From Octopus vulgaris (Eukaryota), in assembly GCA_951406725.2 (NCBI GenBank), contig OX597822.1:48794001-48858000 (forward strand): DNA of 64,000 nucleotides. The letters run 5' to 3'. Under the pieces are notes generated by a model. The model was given only the letters and a program-made list of their open reading frames with translations. It was not told the origin of the DNA and searched no databases. Below are positions 53,052 through 64,000 of this stretch, in pieces; the first letter of the stretch is position 1; the number at the start of each line of letters is the position of its first letter. The position numbers were made by a program, and so were the translations under genes.

Positions 53052-53654
53052 ATATATAATTTTCACCTTAATCGGTTTCATTTTATATGCTGGCCACTGA
53101 TAAATTTTTATTTTTTGAAGTTTTATCCTCATTTATTATGTGTGTGTGTGTGTGTGCATGTGTGTGTGTGTGCGCATGTGTGTGTGTGTTTGTGTGTGTA
53201 TATATGCATACATGTGTATATATATATTTATATATATATATTGAATGTGTGTGTGTGTTAGAACAGGTATATGTAAATCTATGTGTGTGTGTATATATAT
53301 ATATAAATATACACAATAGACACACACACACACACACTCACATATTCACACACATCTACACACACATACATCTGCACACGCATACATTTACATATCTGAA
53401 CAGGGTTATCTGTTTGACATTCTACCAAAACTTTCTCAAGCCACACACACACACACACACACACACACATTTCTATGAACCACAACCCAACACTTCCACC
53501 ACCATCGCCACCCCCTCCCGACTCCCCACTACACCATCTCCACCACCACCACCACCGCCACCAATATATATGATAACACCCAAAACACAAGACCACACAC
53601 CACTTTGTAAACTAAAGGTCATATCTGATAGGAAAATATATGTAGGTATATGTA

Positions 53655-53685
<31 letters not shown>

Positions 53686-55106
53686 GTCTATATATAAAAC
53701 ATGCAGACTCCTGTATTGTATTGGTGATGATGATGATGATGATGATGATGAAGGAAGTGATGCTGCTGGTGGTGATGGTGTGTCTATGCATTATGTGTGT
53801 GTGTATAACTGTACCTGTATCTGGATTTGTATGTATGTGTGCATGTATGTGTCTATGTAAAATATGTATGTATTTATGTTTTTGTATAGTGTGTGTGTGT
53901 GTGTCTCCACATTCGACCCCTGGTGTCTGTGGCCCCCACCACTCCTCCTAGGGTTGTGGAAGTCAAAGATGTTGAGTGAAGGGGCCCTGCTGCTGTTGGT
54001 TGGTTGGTTGGTTGGTTGGTTGATGTGTATGTGAGCAGGGTTGTTCTCTCTCTCTCTCTTTCCCCTTTTCTCTCTCTGTGTCACTTGAGGAGGAAGGGGC
54101 ACAGTCTGGAAAAAGATAAAGACTGCAAGGGTGAAGTGAAGCGGAGGCGGGGTGGGGACATTGAAGTGTTTCTTTGGGTTGTTGTAAACTGCAAAGAAAA
54201 TGATAACAAAATGTTGGTAAATGTAATGAATCCCCGTCCAGTGACCCCAACTCCTCCTCATCATCATTGCTGCTGTGCTGCTACCCTAATTGCAGTTATT
54301 GGTGCCGGCAGCACTGGTGGCGGTGATGCTGGTGGCAGCAGTGGTGCTGGTGGCGTCATGGTTGTGATCATCATGACCACCACAGATTAAAGAAGTAAAC
54401 TCATGTTCTGACTCTCTCTCTCTCTCTCTTTCTGTCTCTCTCTTTCCCTATTTACCCCCACCCCTTCCATCCTCCACACCATTATCCCTGTAATCATCAT
54501 CATCACCACCATCATGAACATCATCATTATTATTCTCATCCTTGTCATCATTATCTCTCTCTCCCTCTCCCCTCTCTCTCTCCCTCCCTATCTTCCCCCT
54601 CTATTCTATTTGCAGAAGGAAATAATAGATAGCCATCAGTGACAGAAGTTCAATTCCCAGTGAAGCAAAAACACACGTTCCTTTGCTGCTAAATTTTGAG
54701 TTTTAACCCTATCGAAGCAGAAAATCACTTCTATCCAATTAAAATGTCATAAACCCTTAACTGCAGAGTGCAGTTTTATATAGCAGTCTATGTTTTGTTG
54801 AGAAATGCCATATTTGAAACTGTTTTTTTGTTATGTCAAGTTTTAGGGAAGCAACAAGGAAAATACCAATTCTCTATTTTTTAGCATTATTACTGAAATA
54901 ACCATGAAGGATTTAAGGGGTTGAACTTACACTTTTTTTTGTATTGGAATACAGTCAGTTGTAGTGAATCCTACCCAGTATTTTACTGGTACTTAAACGA
55001 ACCAATTTTTACATGTGCCATATGATTGTCTATTCGTTAACCCTGTTTCCAATGAATGGCAACTAAAACATTATTTGATGTGTGAACATGTCTTAATTTT
55101 TTCCAG

Positions 55107-55238
55107 GTTCCAATTTGGAAGTGTTTCCTTCAGTTGGGTCTTACCAAAAATAAGACAAGTCTTAGTATAATTGACGGTGCCAAGCTTCAATGTTGCCGTA
55201 AAGCATTAAGTAGTAAATGCCGGGATCTGTGTAAAAAG
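55107..55238 (+). CDS. RECK: RECK exon (CC4 end/CC5 start): VPIWKCFLQLGLTKNKTSLSIIDGAKLQCCRKALSSKCRDLCKK
   Basis: tttccag acceptor and GTAAGG donor; 132 nt, phase 0 to 0; resembles DPLWQCFL...LDGAKLHCCSKANTSTCRELCTK. Absent from the ORF track. Confidence 0.95.
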
Positions 55239-55455
55239 GTAAGGATCTGAATAATTACTGTTATTGTTTGGCCCCAATCTTCTCTTGGAAAAAGGAACTC
55301 GACTTAGATTAGTACCTTTTTGTGAATGGTCACCAGTTGCATACCCATGACCTTTTACTATATCATTTGCAAATTATGATGATTACATAAATCTTGACTT
55401 CCTGAAACAGCTAGCGAGTTAAGACATTACATAATTTGTTATATTTCATTCTGTC

Positions 55456-55489
<34 letters not shown>

Positions 55490-55570
55490 TAAATATATAC
55501 ATACATACATACATATATATATGTGTGTGTGTGTGTGTGTATGTATACATATATATGTATATATGTGTGC

Positions 55571-55601
<31 letters not shown>

Positions 55602-55705
55602 TGTGTGTATGTGTGTGTGTGTACATATATATATATGTATATACTTATATTATATATATGCATATACATACATATGTATGTATAAATATATATATATGCA
55701 TATAT

Positions 55706-55747
<42 letters not shown>

Positions 55748-55792
55748 ACTGTATTTATCTGCATTACTACCTATAATGTGTGTGTATGTGCA

Positions 55793-55840
<48 letters not shown>

Positions 55841-55857
55841 GATAGGTAGATAGATAT

Positions 55858-56915
55858 GTTTCTTTATTAGCCACACAGGGCTGCACACAGACGGGACAGA
55901 TTACAAAGTAGAGATTTTCTTTTTGGGGAGAGAAAAAGAAAAAAAAAGGTGGGTTAGGTTTTCGATCAAAATGGATCATAAAAAGGAAAGAAGGAAAAAA
56001 AGGGAAAAAAACGATCCATTGGGATCATGTATCACAGTGTCACAGTGTAAAGTGCAAAGGGTGAAGCAAATAAGGTGTATCCGTGGGAAGAAAAGCCTAC
56101 AGAAAAGACCAGGCTAACCTCGGTCAATGATGTTACATGTTACCACATTTGTTTGCAAGTAGGTAACCGTCTGTTTTAAATTTTCCGGGTTCATAGGATT
56201 ATGCTCAAGGTGGCTTCGTCATTCATACGTGCCATCCTTGCTACATTCACCCATCTTTTTTTGAAACATTCGCTAGACAAAACTTGCCTCTCTACTCTCA
56301 CTTTCCTTTTCAAGTGATACTTGAAAAAGTTGATGAGAGATTGACCAGAGAGGAAAGTGTTTGTCTCCAATCCTTTCAGACATGTCCACCAGATACATTC
56401 TTTTGCCATAGCCACAAGGATGATGAAAATAGCCCTTCCTTCCCATTTGAAGGAAGGAGGCGTGACAATATGGACGATAGACTCGGCTGATAAACCAACT
56501 CATCCCACACGTGACAGCAGTCATTCGGAAATTGTTGGACACTGCACGAGTGCATGCAGAACTGTTTCATCGCTCTGACCACATCTTGGGTAGGTCGGCC
56601 CCTTGTTTCATGAGCTGTGTCTGTAGAACTTATCCCAAATGGCTAGCGCTTCTCAGTAGCACTGCCAGGCCAAGGATCTCTGGAAGTTGTCTATGGGCCC
56701 TGGCCCGAAAGTCGTCCTGAACAGGCGGGTTAGGTATTCCTTGTTGATATCCAGGTTCTCCCCGAGCTCGTCGTTGTACCTCCTCTCCACTAATCCCCTA
56801 TAGAATGCTTTGGTTGTATTGAAGTCACTCAAGGTCGACCCGGGACAGCATAGTTGCTTGAGGGCAACGCGATACTCCCGGTGCCATTCGCCTTTCCTCG
56901 GCCTCTTTTTGATCC
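55858..56915 (-). mobile_element. L1/Tx1-clade LINE ORF2 3' fragment + 3' UTR
   Basis: TKAFYRGLV...NFQRSLAWQCY*EAL...YPRCGQSDETVLHALVQC (C-terminal CCHC remnant)...AMAKECIWWT...FKKRW; tail gccctgtgtggctaataaagaaa. Confidence 0.85.
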
Positions 56916-56964
56916 ACAAATAGATGTGTATTTGCTTATCTCTCTCCGTTCTATTCCATTGCAG

Positions 56965-57079
56965 ACATTCAGCAGCCTGTGGGGTGACAGTTCCAAAGCA
57001 TTCCATGCTAATTGTCTCACTCCAATGCAGTCTCTGTTGGACCCCATGGAGACACCTTTACAAATGTGCATCAAACAAG
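56965..57079 (+). CDS. RECK: RECK exon (CC5 end): TFSSLWGDSSKAFHANCLTPMQSLLDPMETPLQMCIKQ
   Basis: attgcag acceptor and GTAGGT donor; 115 nt, phase 0 to 1; resembles LYSMSWG...FDRFC...PVEVSMLTCLAD. Confidence 0.88.
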
Positions 57080-57565
57080 GTAGGTTGACATTGTTTAATC
57101 AGCTCAATAAACATACTCAATACACACACACACACTGTGACAGAGAGAGAGAGAGAGAGAGAAACATGCAAATCATTGATTAAGAACTACAAGAAGAGAT
57201 TGGTTGAAGTGGAACTGAATAATGGTTATGCTATGAAGTATTAAATCAGAATTATCAGTTATTTATGTTTTGAATGAATACTTTTTTCACCCCTAAATAT
57301 TTATGATTGTATATAAATTCCTTAGTAACTATAATTTATTAGTTTCTTTTGCATATTCTTAGTTTATGCATGTGTATGCAAATATAGTATTGGTATATCC
57401 CATTTATGTTCATTAGAAATTAGATAAATAGAGAATTTTGACATGCACGAATATTTATTTCCCCCCACTGTATATACATTTATGTGTATATATATATACT
57501 CACACACCTACAGTATATACTGATGCAAACAGTTGTTATGAATTCTTGCTCTTCTTCTCCCACAG

Positions 57566-57742
57566 TGGATGAACCGTGCACCCTGGGTTGCGATGGCCTC
57601 AACTTCTGCACCAATTTCAACAACCGACCCGTTGAAATGTTCCGCAGTTGCAACTCAAAGGCAGACAATGCTGCAAAGCGGGAACTGCACCATTGGCAGA
57701 GAGGGGTCATTAACCTACCACAGATGCGAATACCGGTCAAAG
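57566..57742 (+). CDS. RECK: RECK exon (CRD start): VDEPCTLGCDGLNFCTNFNNRPVEMFRSCNSKADNAAKRELHHWQRGVINLPQMRIPVK
   Basis: cccacag acceptor and GTCATG donor; 177 nt, phase 1 to 1; contains the RECK hallmark CTNFNNRP.E.FRSC. Confidence 0.96.
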
Positions 57743-58961
57743 GTCATGACTTTTACTATATATTTTCTTTGTGGTTTGATTTGTTTATTGTTGTTATTTA
57801 TTGTGTTGAGAAAGAAACCCATTTCTTGTTTACAATAACTTTCTAATTATATTATGCTATTTTTAGCAAACAAAAATTTTTGTTTATGTAACTTAATGTT
57901 ATATTCAATTCTGTCTCCGAGCGCATGCATGCGCATGTGTGTGTGTGTGTCAGTGCATATATATATATGTATATATATATATATGTATATATACATACAT
58001 ACATTTACATATATATGTATTATTCATAATATTATATTATATATATATATATATATTATATATGTCTGTATGTATATTTTTGCTATTATGCAAAAGTGTT
58101 GCAAGTTCAAAACGTTGCTCTTACAGAAAACAAACAAAAAAAAATAGTTTCACCATTCCATAGCAAAACTGTTGCACTACACTTTGACAATTTTTGATGT
58201 CTTGGCATCTAAAGCAGCTGGAGATACGAAAGTTTGACCAAAAGAACTGGCTACTGCAAGCAAAAAGAAATATTGAAAAAAAAAAAATGCATTTGGCCAA
58301 ATTTGGACACACAACAGCTTAACATAATACCAATATATATGTGTGTGTGTATAAAAGATATACATACATATATATATATCATCATCATCATCATTGTTTA
58401 ATGGCATCAGCATCATTCCATGCTGGCATGGGTTGGACGGTTTGACTAAGGACTGGCGAACCAGATGGCTACACCAGGTTCCAATCTGTTCTGGCAAGAT
58501 TTCTACAGCTGGATGCCCTTCTTAAAGCTAACCACTCTGAGAGTGTGGAGGGGGCATTTTACGTACCACCAGCATGAGAGCCAGTCAGGTGGCACTAGCA
58601 TCAACCATGCTCAAATGGTCAATTCCAGTGCTACCTGAATGGTGTTTTTTACGTGCCACTGGCATGGATGCCAGTCAGTCAGCACTGACATCAGCCATGT
58701 ATATATATATATGTATGTATGTATGTATGTATATGTATGTGTGTGTATATATATATGTGTGTGTGTATACATATACACACACACGCACACATACATATAT
58801 GTATACCATCATCATGATGATATATGTGTGTGTATATAAACACACACACACTACATCTACATGTACATATGTGTGTGTGTGTGCGTAATATGCACACACA
58901 CACACACACTCTTCCCAACCGTGCTTTTATCAATTTGTTTTTTTTTGTGTTATTGTTACAG

Positions 58962-59058
58962 ATATCAAGACTTGTGAATATGGAATGTGGAAGACCATTG
59001 CCTGTGCCTTGCAAGTGAAACCATGCCATGGCCAGCCGACACCCCTCTCCATCTGCCG
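58962..59058 (+). CDS. RECK: RECK exon (CRD): DIKTCEYGMWKTIACALQVKPCHGQPTPLSICR
   Basis: gttacag acceptor and GTAAGT donor; 97 nt, phase 1 to 2; resembles DIKKCQPEMWKAIACSLQIKPCH. Confidence 0.96.
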
Positions 59059-59817
59059 GTAAGTAAAAACTTAAATATACACAGCCTTTCACATCAGAAG
59101 GGCAGCTAAAAGTAAACACTCCTTACCTAGACTCAACAAGGGTACCTCCAAGTAGTCACTCGACCTGCTAGAAATAGCAACCAAATTTTCCACTGTCGAG
59201 GTCAACTTTATTTACCATCCTTCTAGAGAAGGGGAGGGGGGCATCAACAAAATAAAATACCAGTTATTTCATCTGTTCAACATTTATTTAATTTATATTT
59301 TTGTTTCTCCATGTTTCTTTTGCTTGTGTAACAGAACAGAAACAACATGGATAGAGGTTAGAGTATGGCGAGAAGTACAGGTACTTTGAAAGCAAACTTA
59401 CCATATTTGGTGTCAGATAAGATGCACTTTTTCCTTCAGAATCACCCTAGGTCCTAATATTGATGAGTACAAGTCCTTTTCTCAAATGTAATTCTTGAGA
59501 ACTGAAGATGCAAAATTACCTCATTTTGTCTTACTCATTTTACCCCACCTAAATTTGTCTTTTAATATACTCAAAGAGAACGGTGATAATTTTCTGAAAT
59601 AAAGTTCTGAATATGTCATAGTGTTTGCTTTTAACACGTTTAGAGAAGGTCATTTGCTTGGCGGATATAGTTTTTGTAAGGCAGGGAACTTTTGTAAAAA
59701 AGCAAAAAAAGTATTTTTCCTGAAAGTCAAAAATGCAGTAAATATTTACTCGTATACCCCCACCCCGTCAATTCTGCCCTCTTTCATTTTCTCCCCAATT
59801 TTATTACCGTTTCACAG

Positions 59818-59957
59818 AGAAGATTGTGAATACATCTTAAGGAAATGCATAAACTACAAGCAGCTACCACGTGCAAAAAACGTCTCCATTTTATGTAACC
59901 CACTGCCGTCACGCATGGATAGTCACCAGTCATGCATATCAATCAGGAAATATTCCA
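59818..59957 (+). CDS. RECK: RECK exon (CRD end): EDCEYILRKCINYKQLPRAKNVSILCNPLPSRMDSHQSCISIRKYS
   Basis: ttcacag acceptor and GTGAGT donor; 140 nt, phase 2 to 1; resembles SDCVEILKKC...SICELLSP...CIPLDTYL. Confidence 0.93.
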
Positions 59958-60166
59958 GTGAGTATTATTCACAGATAGTTTTTCTGTTTTGTCTATTGGA
60001 TTGTTTTTCTGTGTTTTTTTTTTTACTGTTATTACTAATTTTTTTTTTAATATATCTCTTATCCCACTAATTCATGTGTGTGGGTTGGGTGGGATGGGAT
60101 TGCAAAGATTTGACAGCATTAAGGCTGTTGCTAAGAGAGCACAAATTAATTTCTTTGTTATACTCG

Positions 60167-60278
<112 letters not shown>

Positions 60279-60387
60279 GGAATGGCTATAATAGGACATT
60301 CGACTCACTAGAAAGAGCAGCCAAACTCGAACTGCTAAAAGTTGTAATTCTGAAATTGAAAGAGAAATAACACGTTTACCCCTTTCA

Positions 60388-60482
60388 TCTCTGGACTATG
60401 CATAGTTTCGGCAAACTTTGGTAAACAAATTAATTAAATTAAATTAAATTTATTTACAACTGGCGTGCCTTGTCAGCAGAGA
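60388..60482 (-). ncRNA. Hammerhead motif with single core lesion (CUGACAA, G8A)
   Basis: tctctg CTGACAA ggca...tgcc GAAA ctatgcatag TC cagaga: 6-bp stem I, extended stem II, GUC triplet. Confidence 0.65.
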
Positions 60483-60783
60483 AGCCAAGGACGAGTATAT
60501 ATCCACGAGGTGATGGAAAGGAAGCCTCCAGTCTATATGCTATAAATTTTCAAAATCTACCGCAATCGTGCGGTCTTCTCAGCAGCAAATATAAACTGCT
60601 GATTTAATTTCAAAATTAGTTAAAAATCATTAATTAATAAATACAAGGGTAGACTATCTTTGACTATCTTTTCTTTCTCGCTGGACTGCTGGTAGCGAAG
60701 AATTTTTTGTAGAATTTTTTGCTACCCTTACATATATATTTATATATATATATATACACACACACATCCACATATAGGTTAGA

Positions 60784-60820
<37 letters not shown>

Positions 60821-60889
60821 TGACTGACAGACAGACAGACAGACAGTTGTATAAACATGCATATAGTAGCTACGTGTGTGTATACGCAT

Positions 60890-61670
60890 TATTCTTTTAT
60901 TCTTTTACTTGTTTCAATCATTTGATTGCGGCCATTCTGGAGCACCACATTTTAGTTGAACAAGTCAACCCCAGGACTTATTCTTTGCTAGCCTAGTACT
61001 TATTCTATCGATCTCCTTTTGCCGAACTGCTAAGTGACGGGGACATAAACACACCAACATCGGTTGTCAACCAATGGTTGGGGTACAAACACAGATACAA
61101 ATACATACATACATACATACAGACATATATGACAGGCTTCTTTCAGTTTCTGTCTACCAAATCCACTCACAAGGCTTTGGTCAGCCCGAGGCTATAGTAG
61201 AAGACACTTGCCCAAGGTGCCACACAGTGGGACTGACCCCGGAACCATGTGGTTGGGAAGCAAACTTCTTACCACACAGCCATACCTATTCTTTTACTTG
61301 TTACAGTCATTTGACTGTGGCCATGTTGGAGCACTGCCTTTTAGTCAAAGAAATCAACCCATGGACTTATTCTTTGTAAATTTGGTGCTTGTCCTATCGC
61401 TCACTTCTGCTGAACTGCTAAGTTACAGGGACATAAACATACCAACATCGGTTGACAAGTGATGGCAGGGTGCGGGAGGACAAACACATACACATAAACA
61501 TATATATATATATACGATGGGCTTCTTTCAGTTTCCGGTTACCAAATCCACTCACAAGTCTTTGGCCAGTCTGAGGCTATAGTAAAAGACACTTGCCCAA
61601 GGTGCCATGCAGTGGGACTGAACCCCAAACCATGTGATTGGAAAGCAAATTTCTTACCACACAGCCATAC
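60890..61670 (-). mobile_element. Two tandem SINE family A copies
   Basis: 60890-61285 and 61288-61670, head to tail. Confidence 0.85.
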
Positions 61671-61734
61671 CAGCACCTTATATATAAATATATATGTGTA
61701 TTGCACCAGTGGAATGTTAGAAGCACATCCGAAC

Positions 61735-62310
61735 GTGGGGTGTAACCAGCCCCTTATGAGTACTCCTCATTCATTGGACAATAAACTTTGCTTGTGAAGA
61801 TCTATTGAGGCAAGTGAAATCAAATCAAAATCGCTGACGTGGCCGATGACAGTACTGCCTGATTGGCACTCGTGCCAGTGGAATATTAAAAGTGCATCTG
61901 AGCATGATCGTTGCCAGGGCCACGGATTGGCTCCCGTGCTGGTGGCATGTTAAAAGCACCATTCGAGCATGATCTTTGCCAGCGTCTCTTTACCGGCACA
62001 TGTACTGGTGGCACGTGAAAAACAACATTTGAGCATGATCTTTGCCAGTGCTGCCAGACTGGCTCCTGTGCAGGTAGCACATAAGAAACACCTTTTGAGC
62101 ATGATCGTTGCCAGAACCACTTGACTGCCCCTCGTGCCAGTGGCACATAAAAGCACCCACTACACTCTTGGAGTGGTTGGTGTTAAGAAGGGTATCCAAC
62201 TGTAGAAACTTTGCCAGATCAGATTGAGCCTGTTGCAGCCTCTGCCTCACCAGTCCTCATTCAAACCATCCAACCCATGCCAGCATGGAAAGCAGACTTT
62301 AAACAACGAC

Positions 62311-62360
<50 letters not shown>
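61735..62360 (+). mobile_element. RTE 3' UTR fragment ending in (GAT)n
   Basis: UTR repeats and caaaccatccaacccatgccagcatggaaagcagactttaaac terminus. Confidence 0.8.
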
Positions 62361-62362
<2 letters not shown>

Positions 62363-62625
62363 GTTGTATTTCAGGATAGTAATTTTTTGGTTTTTCAAAA
62401 TAAACACACACACCATATATTCCTTCTTCACTCCTTTATTACTGTCCTTATCGTAACTGATGTCCATTGTCCTGAAATCTTTCATCACTCATCTGTGACC
62501 TCTTCAGTGACACTTTCTGCCCTCGTGTGTGCTTCTGCTCCACTTAATCCATTCTATTCTTCTGTGATGTGTATCTTTATATGCGCATGCATTTATGTCT
62601 GTATTTGTGTGTGTGTGTGTGTACA

Positions 62626-62656
<31 letters not shown>

Positions 62657-62774
62657 CGTTGTTCTTAGTAGCACATACACATACACGTACACACACGCAC
62701 ATACATGTACACACACACACACACATTATTCTTTATGTTAATACATGTTTTCCTCTTTCTGTTTTGTTTCCCAG

Positions 62775-62915
62775 GATCGAGTCCACATCGGACAACCTCA
62801 CAGGAACTTACAAAGCCATGCTACCCAAATCCGTGCAACAAAAGTGATATATGCCTGATAAACCGCCGGAAGTGCAAACATCCGGAAAATTGTAAACCAT
62901 ACATTTGCAAACCAG
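62775..62915 (+). CDS. RECK: RECK exon (EGF-like): RSSPHRTTSQELTKPCYPNPCNKSDICLINRRKCKHPENCKPYICKP
   Basis: ttcccag acceptor and GTAAAC donor; 141 nt, phase 1 to 1; resembles EVTHPCNPNPCPANELCEVNRKGC...CLPYFCVQ. Confidence 0.95.
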
Positions 62916-63262
62916 GTAAACCCCTGTTTTGTCCATATTCACAATAGATGTCATTTCATGCATGTTAGTGTAGAAGTATAATCGCTGACGTGGCCGATGA
63001 CAGTACTGCCTGATTGGCACACGTGCCAGTGGAACATTAAAAGCATGTCCGAGTGTGATCGTTGCCAGGGCCATGGATTGGCTGCTGTGCTGGTGGCATG
63101 TAAAAAGCACCATTCAAGCGTGATCATTGCCAGCGTCGCCTTACCAGCACATGTGCTGGTGGCATGTGAATAACAACACACACACTATATATATATATAT
63201 ATATTTTGTTTTGCAAGATTTTTGATGTGAAATCGTGTGTTGAAATACAACAATATATATAT

Positions 63263-63297
<35 letters not shown>

Positions 63298-63650
63298 TAT
63301 ATAATTATATATATATAAATTTTGGCAGTTCTGATTGGTGGTTGACCATCCAATGCACCAACATCTTGAGTCAAAGTGTATGTGGTTGAGTATTCCACAG
63401 ACACATGTACTTTCAACATAATTCTTCTGCTGAACCAAGCCAGATTTTGACTTACAAGTGCAATCCATTGGACAGGCTTCTGTGTAGTTTCCATGCACCT
63501 AGTTTTATACACAAGACCTCATTATCGAAGGGACTTGCTCAAGATGCAACTTAATGTGATGGATTCTGATTTCATTTCTTTTCATTAATGACAAATATTT
63601 CCTCTCCCCTCTCTTATCTTCTCTACTCTTACTACTACCTTTCCTTCCAG

Positions 63651-63818
63651 CATGTTCCGTTGGAGAAGTTTCACTGCTGAAAGTTCCTCGTGGTTCCTAC
63701 GTTCGTCTTCCAAGCAAGAATATGTCCTGTTCCAAAGTATGTCACTGCAACCACAAGAACAAAATTGACCACTGCCAACCATTGCCTTGTATTACCAACA
63801 ACAACAATAACCTAAAAA
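63651..63818 (+). CDS. RECK: RECK exon: ACSVGEVSLLKVPRGSYVRLPSKNMSCSKVCHCNHKNKIDHCQPLPCITNNNNNLK
   Basis: Long pyrimidine tract + cag acceptor and GTAAGT donor; 168 nt, phase 1 to 1; resembles GCKLGEASDFIVRQGTLIQVP...CYKICSCGQSGLLENCMEMHC. Confidence 0.92.
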
Positions 63819-64000
63819 GTAAGTAACAAACAACCTAGCGGGGTGTTTTGTTTTTGTTGTTATTGTTATGTGTGAGTATTTTACAGCTGGATGCTCTTCC
63901 GTACACCAACCATTTCAGAGATTATTTTAGTCTTAGCCTTAATTTGTCCCTTACATTTGGTCAAGCAACATTTCTAATAATCTTGGTTTAGAATATCGTG

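Noticed and set aside
63585-63782. Cys-containing minus-strand ORF
   Set aside because: Antisense shadow of the RECK exon at 63651-63818.

Overview
Eukaryotic, AT-rich, microsatellite-saturated genomic DNA. The SINE and LINE families resemble those of octopus/coleoid cephalopods (inference). The whole window lies inside one + strand gene, a RECK orthologue (reversion-inducing cysteine-rich protein with Kazal motifs). Twelve GT-AG exons (2783-63818, 1507 nt, about 502 codons, all phases compatible) encode the end of CC1, CC2-CC5, the Frizzled-like CRD and the start of the EGF-like region; the 5' and 3' ends of the gene lie outside the window. Almost all ORF-track entries are microsatellite artefacts. 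The introns contain RTE, CR1-like, R4/Dong-type (RLE) and L1/Tx1 LINE fragments, two tRNA-derived SINE families, Helitrons, MITEs and several long inverted repeats. Most notable: (i) at least nine type-I hammerhead-ribozyme motifs of the Penelope type in RECK introns, including a C3G/G8C covariant core, with apparent sense/antisense asymmetry, in the same gene that hosts the ultraconserved amniote HH9 ribozyme; (ii) an ORF1-only retroelement nested in an older relative, sharing its 3' tail with an L1/Tx1 LINE and a SINE; (iii) a decayed partial duplicate of a RECK exon. All alignments and folds were done by eye.
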